Part shown: positions 47,968 to 57,493 of the stretch, piece by piece | Layout: each line of letters opens with the position of its first letter | Position numbering within the stretch: the stretch's first letter is position 1 | Assembly: GCA_049322615.1 (NCBI GenBank) | Contig: JBMORX010000003.1 | Span: 3,328-67,327, forward strand | DNA: 64,000 nucleotides | Direction of reading: 5' to 3' | From: Patescibacteria group bacterium | GTDB lineage: Bacteria > Patescibacteriota > Microgenomatia > CAYGWK01 | The notes under the pieces: generated by a model | What the model was told of the DNA's origin: nothing | The model's database searches: none | The model's input: the letters and a program-made list of their open reading frames with translations, nothing else | Translations under genes and position numbers: made by a program

Positions 47968-48435
47968 TCAGCGCTTTTGGGCTTTTTCTATCGCCTCTTT
48001 TTCCTCTTTAGAAAACTCGTATCCAACAGGCTTGCCGTTTTTGACTGGTTTGGCATAAATTCTTGTCTGGTCCCGGCTGTGCAAACTTGAAATAATAATC
48101 CCGTTATCGTGCCCATCCAAAACTGCTAAAGTGAAACTTTGACTTCCGCCGGTATCAGAAAATGGATTAAATCTGACTAAACCTGTCTTTTGAACATGAA
48201 ACCTTCCATCTTTTTCTATTTCGTCGGCTCTTTTTATAATTCCATCAATTCTTTTTTCGGTAATCTTTTCTTCTTTTAAAATTTTTTCCAGAATTGAGCC
48301 TAAATCCTCTTTAGTTGTCCCTGTCGTCAGTCTCCGGTAATGGAAAACTGCCCGGAAAAGAAAAAAAGACAAAGCCCCAAGCCAAACAAAAATTGCTCCT
48401 AACAAAATTAAGGACAACTGTTGATTGAGTAACAT
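47968..48435 (-). CDS. DUF4446 family protein
   Basis: VRFNPF.DTGGSQSF..A.LD, R..TRIYAKP, S.EE.EA. Confidence 0.88.
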   Translation of the reverse strand: MLLNQQLSLILLGAIFVWLGALSFFLFRAVFHYRRLTTGTTKEDLGSILEKILKEEKITEKRIDGIIKRADEIEKDGRFHVQKTGLVRFNPFSDTGGSQSFTLAVLDGHDNGIIISSLHSRDQTRIYAKPVKNGKPVGYEFSKEEKEAIEKAQKR

Positions 48436-48551
48436 TTTACCACATTATTTTATCCCGGTTCCACACCTTGTGTCAACCCCGTATAATGCTTGCTTGCTCC
48501 CGTGGTCTACGTCCACGCGTCGCAAGAGCGCATATACGGGGCAAGCCCCTC

Positions 48552-48694
48552 AAATAAAATGAAGCCTCCCCGCCCATGGAAGGGCGGGGTTTCTCTTTCG
48601 AGAAAGGTCCCGACTAAGTCGGGAAGGCTGCGATTCTTGCTTCATTCATCTCCGCCCACAGAGGGGCAGAGTATTCTGAAGCGCGAAATAAAAT
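48552..48694. mobile_element. Non-autonomous IS200/IS605-like miniature element (two subterminal hairpins)
   Basis: CCCCGCCC..GGGCGGGG and CTCCGCCC..GGGCAGAG hairpins; AAATAAAAT at both ends; no ORF. Confidence 0.5.
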
Positions 48695-48697
48695 CTC

Positions 48698-48731
48698 TTA
48701 CCGAAATTAGACACGTGTACAATTTTGTCAA
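48698..48731. repeat. 34-bp palindromic site, degenerate copy 6
   Basis: TTACCGAAAT TAGA CACGTG TACA ATTTTGTCAA. Confidence 0.8.
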
Positions 48732-48807
48732 CAGGGGTTTTGAAAAAACTTGATGCCTGTGGTATTATTCGGATACATTCGGATAATTTTCATTCGGATG
48801 AATTCGG

Positions 48808-49110
48808 ATGTCCAGAAAAACTCGCCAGGAAAAAATTATTGCCGACCTCCGCCGAAGACTGGAAGCAACCAGAAATAGAAGTGAGGGTGAGAAGTGGGAC
48901 GTGGGTCGAGAAGTGAGGGTGAGTCGTGAGGAATTAAAAAACTCCCCGCCCCAATTTCCCATCTCTCAACCCACTTCTCACTTCCCATCCTCACCCTCAA
49001 TCTCTACTTCTTACATTAAAAAAGACTTGACAAAAACCTTTCTCTTGACAATACTTGCAATTAGCCTTGAGCTTGTGCTATACTTCCTAACTAGGATAGG
49101 CAAGATTTAA
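48808..49110 (+). CDS. Small membrane protein with heptamer-repeat-derived middle
   Basis: Basic N-terminus; YIKKDL.KT plus C-terminal TM. Confidence 0.65.
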   Translation: MSRKTRQEKIIADLRRRLEATRNRSEGEKWDVGREVRVSREELKNSPPQFPISQPTSHFPSSPSISTSYIKKDLTKTFLLTILAISLELVLYFLTRIGKI

Positions 49111-49234
49111 AAACTTTACTCTGCCCGACTAGAATTATAATCGTAGCTTAGGCAATGGCGAAAAAGGAGGCTTGCCTCTCCGAAGCTCGCCTACGCCAAA
49201 GGCTACGGCGAGCGAAGGGAGGTGAGAAAGATTT

Positions 49235-49378
49235 ATGGCAACCATGTACTGTGTTAAGTGCCGCGCCAAGAAAGACGTCGCCAACCCACAGAGAGTGACG
49301 ATGAAAAATGGCAAGCCGGCAATGAAAGCCTCTTGTCCAGATTGTGGCACAACCATGTTCAAGATTGGTGCCGCGTAA
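49235..49378 (+). CDS. DUF5679-type zinc-ribbon protein (47 aa, missing from the ORF track)
   Basis: GGGAGGTGA SD; MATMYCVKCRAKK...MKNGKPAMKASCPDCGTTMFKIG. Confidence 0.85.
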   Translation: MATMYCVKCRAKKDVANPQRVTMKNGKPAMKASCPDCGTTMFKIGAA

Positions 49379-49566
49379 TCCCGATTAAATCGGGAAACGC
49401 GGCTAAAACGTTAAATCTTTCAAGATTTTTTACGTTTTGCCGCGTAATCCTGCCTAAACACCAACTCTCTTTGACAGTTCGTCACGACTTTTATGGAACT
49501 ATCGTTACGAAACTGTCAACCTCGCCGAAGCCTATGGCGAAGGCGGGTTAGTATCAAAGAGAATTA

Positions 49567-49600
49567 AAAAACCCCGTTCTATTTCTGGAGCGGGGTTTTG
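49567..49600. terminator. Intrinsic terminator between convergent genes
   Basis: AAAAACCCCG...CGGGGTTTT. Confidence 0.75.
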
Positions 49601-49619
49601 GTGAGATAAAATTTAAAAA

Positions 49620-50363
49620 TCAGCTAATAAATTTTAACCCAAGCATTATGCCGATTCCGGCAAGCAAACCGAGGAGTTGGACGAGGGATTTTTGGGGTCT
49701 TGTTTCTTTATGAAGCTCGGGAATTAAATCGGTTGAGGCAATATAAATAAATCCACCGGCAGTAAAAGGAATAAGACTTTCAGAAAACCCAGAAATTCTT
49801 GGGCCAAAACTTAAGACAAAGATTGTTCCCAAAATCGCCATTAGGGATGAGAGAAAATTAAAGATTATGGCTTTTTTCTTGCTAAATCCTCCATGGATTA
49901 AAACACCAAAATCCCCAATCTCTTGAGGAATTTCATGAAAGATAACCGCAATCGAAGTTGCTATTCCCAAGGAAAGACTGACAACAAAAGTTGCCCCAAT
50001 AATCACTCCATCAATAAAATTATGGAGTCCATCACCTATCAAATTCATAAAAACCACGGGGTGGGGATGATCTTTTGAGGTTGGAATATGACAATGGCGC
50101 CAGGCAATAAATTTTTCCAAAATAAAAAATGTTAAGATTCCTACCAGAATCGCTAGATTTGTTTCCAGATTTAATCCTTGGTTTTCCGCAACTTCTGGCA
50201 AAAGATGAATAAAAGTATCTCCTAAAAGTCCACCGGCGGCAAAAGAAACTAAAATTAAAAGCGCTTTTTCCGTTCTTTTTTCTCCAACCACTATACTCAA
50301 AACCCCAACCAAAGAAATTAAACTAACAATCACAACTGATGTGATTGAGTAAAACCAAACCAT
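49620..50363 (-). CDS. ZIP family metal transporter
   Basis: HLLPE, GDGLHNFIDG, HEIPQEIGDF. Confidence 0.93.
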   Translation of the reverse strand: MVWFYSITSVVIVSLISLVGVLSIVVGEKRTEKALLILVSFAAGGLLGDTFIHLLPEVAENQGLNLETNLAILVGILTFFILEKFIAWRHCHIPTSKDHPHPVVFMNLIGDGLHNFIDGVIIGATFVVSLSLGIATSIAVIFHEIPQEIGDFGVLIHGGFSKKKAIIFNFLSSLMAILGTIFVLSFGPRISGFSESLIPFTAGGFIYIASTDLIPELHKETRPQKSLVQLLGLLAGIGIMLGLKFIS

Positions 50364-50365
50364 TT

Positions 50366-50797
50366 TTAAACTTGCTCCTCTTCGACAGGTGGCGCAGATG
50401 CTGGCGGCGTCTCGGTTGTCGGCGGTTGAGTCGACGGTACTCTGGTTGGTTGGGTTGGTTCCGTTGGTGTTCCGGTTGGTGGCGGTGCCCCAGGAAGCGG
50501 CGTTTCCGGAATTGGGGGAACTTGAGTCTCTTCAACTGAAGTCTGAGGTGTTACCTGGGTTGGCGTCTGCCAGGCAGGCATTGTCCTCATGTGCTGATCA
50601 ACTTCGGCTGCTATCTCCTCGCGAGTTTTTCCCGGAGACTGTTGCATTTGAAAATTAATCATTCCTTCTCGGACTTCTTCTTTTGATTTAAGATTACCGC
50701 TTGGGTCAGTACAATATTTACAATAAGGATTCTCTACTCTTGCACCACCATGATCGGCATCAGTTGCCATCGGCATCCCGCATGATTGACAATTCAT
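50366..50797 (-). CDS. Zinc-ribbon domain protein with Pro/Thr-rich tail
   Basis: CQSCGMPM...YCKYC; strong SD. Confidence 0.8.
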   Translation of the reverse strand: MNCQSCGMPMATDADHGGARVENPYCKYCTDPSGNLKSKEEVREGMINFQMQQSPGKTREEIAAEVDQHMRTMPAWQTPTQVTPQTSVEETQVPPIPETPLPGAPPPTGTPTEPTQPTRVPSTQPPTTETPPASAPPVEEEQV

Positions 50798-51013
50798 ATT
50801 ATCTTGTCACCTCCTTTCGTCTCAGTGCCTTCTAGAGTAAGAAATTCTGTTTCCGAATGCACCCCCTAATCACAGAAGGCACTGAATTTACCTAAGAGCA
50901 CTGAAATCTCTGTGCTCTCAGTGATTCCATCCTCCCATTCGGTTTTTTCTAAAACTAGTATAACATTTTTTCAACTTTCCTGTTTAGGTCCCTTCGCTAA
51001 CGCTCAGGGTAAA

Positions 51014-52555
51014 CTAATCCGTACCCTTCGGACGGTATTGTAAGGCTTCAGCAATGTGGTTTGGGCTTATTTCTTTTTCACCAGCCAAATCAGCAATAGT
51101 TCGAGAAACTTTAATAACCCTGAAGAAACTTCTGGCGGTTAAATTCATCTGAATAGTTGCCTGACGAAGTAAAGTCAAACATTCTGAAGACAGCCTACAA
51201 AAACGCTTAACATCCTTTGTTGTCATTTCTCCATTACAGATAATTTTTGTTCCCTTGAATCTTTTAGTCTGTAAATCTCTCGCTCTTTGGACCCGCCTTT
51301 TTATTATTTTTGAGGTTTCTGCGTTTTCCACCGATTTCTGCGTTTCTGCGGTTGCAAGCTTATCTACCTTCACTGCCGGCACCTCCAAATGTAAATCAAT
51401 TCTGTCTATTATTGGTCCAGAAATTCTTTTTTTGTAACGCTGGACCTGACCTGGAAGACAAGTGCAGGGCTTGACCGGATCGCCTAAATATCCACAGGGG
51501 CAAGGGTTTGAGGCGGCGACCATAATAAATTTTGCCGGAAAGGTTAAAGTCCCGGCTGCCCGAGAAACAGTCACAATCCCATCTTCCATCGGCTGCCTCA
51601 GAGCCTCTAAAACATGACGGGGAAATTCGGGAAATTCGTCCAAGAACAAAACACCCCGATGAGCCAGAGAAATTTCTCCAGGGGCAGGATGGCTTCCTCC
51701 ACCAATTAAGCCAATTCTTGAAGTCGTATGATGAGGTGAACGAAAAGGTCGATATTTCACAACCGACTCGCCTGGGGGCAAATTTCCGGTAACTGAATAA
51801 ATTTTTGTCACTTCAAATGCTTCCTCTTCGGTTAAATCAGGCAAAATCCCAGGCAGAGCCCGGGCTAACATCGTTTTCCCCGCTCCTGGTGGACCAATCA
51901 TCACAACATTATGTCCTCCGGAAGCAGCAATTTCCAAAGCCCGTTTAACATGCTCCTGTCCCCGAACATCAGCCATATCAAATTCAACCAAAACATTGGA
52001 AGTGATTTTTGAAAAAGGAGTATGGGGAATTGGCTTTATTTCCTCTCCGCCTTGAAGATGATAGAAAAGTTGTAAAAGGGAGGAGACTGGATAAATTTTA
52101 AGACCTTTGATAACCGAGGCTTCCCTGCTATTTATTTGCGGCAAAAAAATTCTTTTAAACTTTTTTTCTTTTGCCAAAATTGCCATCGCCAAAACACCGT
52201 TGGTATGGCGGAGAGAGCCGTCAAGGGAGAGTTCACCTAAAACTAGAGCATCTTTTAAATCCGCTTTTAACTGCCCGGAGGCAACCAAGATTCCTAAAGC
52301 AATTGGCAAATCATAAGAAGGACCAACTTTTGGTAAATCCGCTGGAGCAAGGTTGACAGTGATACGGCGCGGCGGAAAATCTGCCCCAGAATTTTTCAAA
52401 GCCGAACGAACTCTCTCCTTGGCTTCCTCAACGGCTTTATCTGGAAGTCCGACGATGGTAAAAGAAGGCAGACCTTGGGAGGCAATATCAACTTCAACCT
52501 CAATTGGAACAGAATCAAGTCCTACGGTCGCGCCAGAAAAAACCCGGGCAAGCAT
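51014..52555 (-). CDS. comM: ComM/YifB Mg-chelatase-like AAA+ ATPase
   Basis: IVGLPD.AV.E..ERV, GPPGAGKTM, PFRSPHH, GEISLAHRGVLFLDE, NPCPCG. Confidence 0.95.
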   Translation of the reverse strand: MLARVFSGATVGLDSVPIEVEVDIASQGLPSFTIVGLPDKAVEEAKERVRSALKNSGADFPPRRITVNLAPADLPKVGPSYDLPIALGILVASGQLKADLKDALVLGELSLDGSLRHTNGVLAMAILAKEKKFKRIFLPQINSREASVIKGLKIYPVSSLLQLFYHLQGGEEIKPIPHTPFSKITSNVLVEFDMADVRGQEHVKRALEIAASGGHNVVMIGPPGAGKTMLARALPGILPDLTEEEAFEVTKIYSVTGNLPPGESVVKYRPFRSPHHTTSRIGLIGGGSHPAPGEISLAHRGVLFLDEFPEFPRHVLEALRQPMEDGIVTVSRAAGTLTFPAKFIMVAASNPCPCGYLGDPVKPCTCLPGQVQRYKKRISGPIIDRIDLHLEVPAVKVDKLATAETQKSVENAETSKIIKRRVQRARDLQTKRFKGTKIICNGEMTTKDVKRFCRLSSECLTLLRQATIQMNLTARSFFRVIKVSRTIADLAGEKEISPNHIAEALQYRPKGTD

Positions 52556-52609
52556 ATACTAATTCTACCAGATCCGAGAACTACTTTTCAGAAGAAAACG
52601 GACAGTACT

Positions 52610-53602
52610 TTATGCAAAATCTTTTTTTAGAGTCTTAAAATACATTTGTTTTTCTGCCATTTCCGGATGCTCTTTAATTATTTTTTTAGCGCTAGCAACG
52701 ATACGTTTTATGCCTTCTTCTACCGACACTTTTGGTTTAAATCCAAGCACCTTCTCTACCCTACTATTGTCTGACAATAGCCTTCTTGCATAAATGTCGA
52801 TTGGTACTGAGACATAAATTGGCTTAAGATTTGTCTCAAGCTCCTCATTAATCAGTTGAATAATTTTATTAAAACTAGTTTCTACCCCAGTACCGACGTT
52901 GAGTGGCTGAGAAGAAATATCTTTTCCCAAAGCAAGGCAAAACATTTCTGCGGCATCATCCACATAAATAAGGTCTCTAGTTTGGTTGCCATCCCCCCAT
53001 ACAACAGGTCTTTTCCCAGAAACCATGGCCCACGCGAACAGCGAGGTGACATTAGCACAGCCTCCTTTAGTATCTTCTTCCTCACCGTAAACACTAAAAG
53101 GTCTCATCGCAACTGATTTTATGCCGCAGGAAGCGTCGTACTGATTACCAATCTCCTCATTAACCTTTTTTGAAAGCGCTTTTAAATCTGGAGGGTTAAT
53201 TACCATGTCTTCATGGTAAGGTAGTTTGTTTCCTTCATACACGGCACTTGTACTTGCATGGACAATTTTTTTTATACCATGTTTCTTCATCGCCTCAAGT
53301 ATGTTTAAGAAACTTTGGATAGTATTAATAGTGCTTTCTCGCGGATTCCCCTTATACATTAAAAATGACGACGGAGCTGCCAGGTGAATAACGCCGTTAG
53401 TTTTTGAGACTAAATCATCAACGAACTTGTAATCACGAAGATCGCCTTGGATAAAAGAAAAATTCGGACTGTTGACTTGAAAAAAAGATTGTGTTTTCTT
53501 TAAGTCTGTCGCTAGGATAACGTATCTATCCCTTCTCAAGAGGTTTCTTACAACGGCTTTTCCGATTAATCCAGAGGCCCCGGTAACTAAAATTTTTTTC
53601 AT
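52610..53602 (-). CDS. NAD-dependent epimerase/dehydratase
   Basis: GASGLIG, HLAA, GDGNQTRDLIYVDD. Confidence 0.92.
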   Translation of the reverse strand: MKKILVTGASGLIGKAVVRNLLRRDRYVILATDLKKTQSFFQVNSPNFSFIQGDLRDYKFVDDLVSKTNGVIHLAAPSSFLMYKGNPRESTINTIQSFLNILEAMKKHGIKKIVHASTSAVYEGNKLPYHEDMVINPPDLKALSKKVNEEIGNQYDASCGIKSVAMRPFSVYGEEEDTKGGCANVTSLFAWAMVSGKRPVVWGDGNQTRDLIYVDDAAEMFCLALGKDISSQPLNVGTGVETSFNKIIQLINEELETNLKPIYVSVPIDIYARRLLSDNSRVEKVLGFKPKVSVEEGIKRIVASAKKIIKEHPEMAEKQMYFKTLKKDFA

Positions 53603-53648
53603 GAATATAGATTTTAGCACGAATTGATTGTAGAATAAACATTAACCC

Positions 53649-54830
53649 TTGAAAGTGAAAATGAAAATTTGTATTCTAACCCATGATTTTCCTCCGGTTA
53701 TAGGAGGAGCACAAACACACCAATATAACGAGGCAAAAAAGTTAAGCGAATTTGGCCATAAAGTTCAAGTAATAACAGGAACGCCTACACCTGATTTAAA
53801 AGATATAGACTATTCTAAGGAAAATTTCAATTTAATTCGCCTAGAAGGACTAAAAGAATTTTCAAAGGGTAAGATTGGTATAAAAGAGATTATTCCTTCA
53901 TTATTCAAAACTGTAAAAGAATTCAATCCCGACATAATCCATGCACACGGCTATATTCCTTTTTTAGGGGTCTGTTTTTTTATAAAAAGCATAAGGGCAA
54001 AAGTCTTTTTTACCTATCATGCAACTCCCAAACTAGAGTACAAAAGAGCTGCTGGCGTATTTGATGATTTCGAATTAGATAAATCCTTTGGGGAATTTAT
54101 TTTTCAATACTGTCCGTATGAGAAACTAATTGCTTGTAGCCGTTATTATTACAGCTGGGCAAAGAGCTGCGGCGCCCCTCCTTCCAAATTAAAGCTAGTT
54201 TATTACGGAGTTGACTTCGATAAATTTTTATCGGCAACCCCCCTGGAAAGAAAAAGAATAGGCTTTTCTAAAGATGACTTCATTATTTGTTCACCTGGGA
54301 GAATGATTCCAAGCAAGGGAGTAGTCGATTTAATTGAATTATTGGTATTTCTACCCCCAAATTTTAAATTATTTTTACCCACCAGTATTTCTTATACGAA
54401 ACCAGAGTTTAAAGAACAGATAATGAATCTCGTTAAAAGGCGAGCTTTGGAAAATAGGATCAATATTTTGGCTGACACTTTTAATGTATTTGATATGCCT
54501 GCGGCATACAAAATGTCAGACTTAGTGGTATTAGCATCTCACGTCGAGGGCTTAGGGTTGGTACTGATTGAAGGAATTGCTGCCAAGAAACCCGTTATCG
54601 GAACTGCGGTCCCTGGAATAACTGAAGTGGTGAATGACGGCAGAACCGGTTTACTAGCTCAACCACACAATCCCAAATCATTGGCTAACGCGATAATGAA
54701 GCTTTATAAGGACAGAACTTTACGCAAGCAACTTATAGAAGGCGCTTATTTATTCGCCCGAAAAAAATTCGATCTTACCGCCCAGACTAAAAAAATCGAG
54801 AAATTATTCCTAGATTCTCTTAAAAAGTGA
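53649..54830 (+). CDS. Glycosyltransferase family 4
   Basis: PPVIGG, DIIHAH, EGLGLVLIEG. Confidence 0.92.
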   Translation: MKVKMKICILTHDFPPVIGGAQTHQYNEAKKLSEFGHKVQVITGTPTPDLKDIDYSKENFNLIRLEGLKEFSKGKIGIKEIIPSLFKTVKEFNPDIIHAHGYIPFLGVCFFIKSIRAKVFFTYHATPKLEYKRAAGVFDDFELDKSFGEFIFQYCPYEKLIACSRYYYSWAKSCGAPPSKLKLVYYGVDFDKFLSATPLERKRIGFSKDDFIICSPGRMIPSKGVVDLIELLVFLPPNFKLFLPTSISYTKPEFKEQIMNLVKRRALENRINILADTFNVFDMPAAYKMSDLVVLASHVEGLGLVLIEGIAAKKPVIGTAVPGITEVVNDGRTGLLAQPHNPKSLANAIMKLYKDRTLRKQLIEGAYLFARKKFDLTAQTKKIEKLFLDSLKK

Positions 54831-55871
54831 TTGCGGGAAATTAAACGTTATGCCCTCGGGTTTTAATGCTATTGTCTCTATTCCCGTAGTTTCAGTCACA
54901 TATTTCTCATACGCATTAGAAAATGCATTATCTGTCAAATCAAGAAGACCAAGATGACTAATGAAACATTTTTTAACTTTTGAATCTTTAAGAATATCTA
55001 TAACGTCGTAGCCGGTTAAGTGAAATTTTGAGTGTTTCGTAAAAATAAAATCGTTAACATTGCAAATTAAAATATCGACGTCTCTGTAAGTTTTTTTTAA
55101 ATAATCATGTTTCTTTAAGATTCGGGAAAAAATTCCTTCGTAATCATCTGTTCCACTTTTCACGATTTGGCCTGTTTTAGTCTGAAATACCTTTGTGTAG
55201 CCAGTGTCGGTTATATAGCCAATTTTTAAGTTTTGATAATTAAGGACAAAGCCTTGGGTTCCTTTAATGCTGTGAAACATCGGAATGGGAGTCAGGGTAG
55301 CCCCATTAACCTCAATGGGGATAAGTGATTTACTTACGATACTTCGGACGTTTTTTATCCCTTTGCCAGAAATGTTACTGAAATAGTCACTCACTGCTTT
55401 TTCCTTAAATACTTCCTTTGGAGCAATAAGGGTAACTATTTTGGGATTTCCTGGATAAAGCATATTTTCTAAAGCCACATTAGCACCAGCATAATGATCT
55501 AAATGACTATGAGAAATAAACAAAGTATTTGCCTCAAGAGGGTTTATACCAGAAGCAAAGGTTCGAGTCTCAAATTCTGCTCCTGGGTCGACAACCATAA
55601 CTAGTTTATCTAAATAGATAACAAAGCCTATATATTTCCAGGGAGCGGTCCTGGCGTAGAGATTTGATTTTGAATAATGAAAGCAGGGGAAAACAATCTT
55701 TCTTTGGTGTGAGGGATAAATCGCTTCCCTTTTTATTTTCTCGGCAGCTTCCCTTTTTAGCCGCCTGAGTTTTTTAGAAAGTTTGATAAGTGTTTGCTCG
55801 CGAATAAGCATATCTTGTGCTATAATTTTCTCTCGTTGGTAATTAGAATTCGTTGCTAAAAATATTATCAT
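54810..55871 (-). CDS. Metallo-beta-lactamase fold hydrolase
   Basis: SHSHLDH, YITDTG, ISH. Confidence 0.85.
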   Translation of the reverse strand: MIIFLATNSNYQREKIIAQDMLIREQTLIKLSKKLRRLKREAAEKIKREAIYPSHQRKIVFPCFHYSKSNLYARTAPWKYIGFVIYLDKLVMVVDPGAEFETRTFASGINPLEANTLFISHSHLDHYAGANVALENMLYPGNPKIVTLIAPKEVFKEKAVSDYFSNISGKGIKNVRSIVSKSLIPIEVNGATLTPIPMFHSIKGTQGFVLNYQNLKIGYITDTGYTKVFQTKTGQIVKSGTDDYEGIFSRILKKHDYLKKTYRDVDILICNVNDFIFTKHSKFHLTGYDVIDILKDSKVKKCFISHLGLLDLTDNAFSNAYEKYVTETTGIETIALKPEGITFNFPQSLFKRI

Positions 55872-55900
55872 TTCTGATTGTTAATTACCAGCAGTCAAAC

Positions 55901-56917
55901 ATGGAAAGATTTAGAGAACTACGGCCACTTCCTGAGGGAATTTGGTCTTATGACACCATAGCGTTTAAAGGCCATATTGGTTCAGTCCGTGAGCTTTTGT
56001 TAGTGGTAACAGAGTCAGGCAAAGAGATTGTACCTACAACTCTTGAGTATCGTCAAAATCCTTATGGCGATAGACAAAGTCGTCTCTTTGAGGGAAGGTT
56101 TTCTAAAGAATTTGTTGACTACGGTAAAGTTGGCTTTTATAACAAAGGAGAAAAACAAGATTTTGAAGAGTATATTCTCTGGGACGAACAGGCGAATATT
56201 TCGATTTTAGCTTTACCTTTAGATCCGAAAACAAGAGTTTTTTCTGCTAAGGAAGCCCTAGAGAGATTTTTGGATTACAGTTTACCCCAAACTATTATTC
56301 TTAAAAAGTTTGTTGAATTTTTTCCTGATAAAGATTTAGGGTTGTTAGGTTCATGCGCGAATCTTTTTAATCAGCCCTCTTCTGACCTGGACCTCTTCGT
56401 TTACGGAGGAAGAAGTTTTGAAGAAGTAGCAAAGGCGCTTAGAGATAGTCATGTTAGGGCTCATTTGGGAATTAGACCCTTGCCTGAAGAAATTCAAAAT
56501 AAAAGCGCCGAAAATTACAGTAAGAGGTTTGGAATATCTTTTGAAAGAGCGAAAAGGATAGTCCTTTTAAGGAACCGTTATTTAGTCGAAATAGGTGGTC
56601 AAAACGGAATTAAGGTTTCTATTACAGGATGCTTTGACAAAAAAGAATATCAACTTCAAACAGTTTTGGGATCAAGAAAGATAAGAAAGGTCCAGGAAGA
56701 AGGTTTGGCTGTAGAAACCCATAATTCTGCCTCACTTCCGAGAGAATACATCGTGGAAATAGTTGGGCAGCAAGTTAGGGTTATTGCCATGCAGGAAGTT
56801 TTAAAGATGATGGTCGAAACCGGTGATAAAGTTGAACTCAGAGGAACTCTTCGGGAAAAAGACGGCGTGGAATTTATTTCTCTCGAAGACTATGAAGACA
56901 TCATTATTGCATTATAA
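55901..56917 (+). CDS. Nucleotidyltransferase-domain protein
   Basis: GLLGS.......SDLDLFVYG; C-terminal OB-like segment. Confidence 0.75.
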   Translation: MERFRELRPLPEGIWSYDTIAFKGHIGSVRELLLVVTESGKEIVPTTLEYRQNPYGDRQSRLFEGRFSKEFVDYGKVGFYNKGEKQDFEEYILWDEQANISILALPLDPKTRVFSAKEALERFLDYSLPQTIILKKFVEFFPDKDLGLLGSCANLFNQPSSDLDLFVYGGRSFEEVAKALRDSHVRAHLGIRPLPEEIQNKSAENYSKRFGISFERAKRIVLLRNRYLVEIGGQNGIKVSITGCFDKKEYQLQTVLGSRKIRKVQEEGLAVETHNSASLPREYIVEIVGQQVRVIAMQEVLKMMVETGDKVELRGTLREKDGVEFISLEDYEDIIIAL

Positions 56918-57493
56918 AGAAATTTCGGCTAGATACGGAAAATTAAATCAAAAGGGCGAAAAATCTTGCTAACGCCATACTTGGTTATCGCCACAGTCTT
57001 AAAAGAGGGGGCGTTAAGGTCCCTAAAAAGTTCCAAGTAAAAATAGCAAAACTAGATAATAGCTTTGGTGTAAAGGTTTCAGAAACTTTTTACCCTGTAA
57101 CTCTTGAAAGAGTTATCCCAAAATGTCCGAAAAAACAATTCTTATAAATTATCAGATTAGTCTTCGAAAGTACAGAAAAATAGTTTGACTAAAAATAATT
57201 GGCCTGTATTTTTACTGTCCACAGATCTCTGGGAGAAAAACCTAAGATCAAATTCTCTCAAAAAAATAATCAATGTCATAAGTCTTTTAAAAGAGTCTGA
57301 TAGAGATCTTCTTCGACTGGCACTTCTAATCACATATTATTCTGAGGCTAACGCTGGAAGAAACGGGATCAAAAAAGAAAAAGCCTTTGGGGTCTATAAA
57401 AAATTTAAACCGGTAGCAACTTTTCCCGAAATGAAAAAGTTTATTATCCAAAGATTAAACGAGACTTTTAAGCCAGCTTTTAATAGAGTCTAA
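56892..57493 (+). pseudogene. Degraded ORF (frameshift and internal stops)
   Basis: ATG 56892 overlaps the upstream gene end; reading continues in shifted frames with stops up to ORF 57185..57493. Confidence 0.45.
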
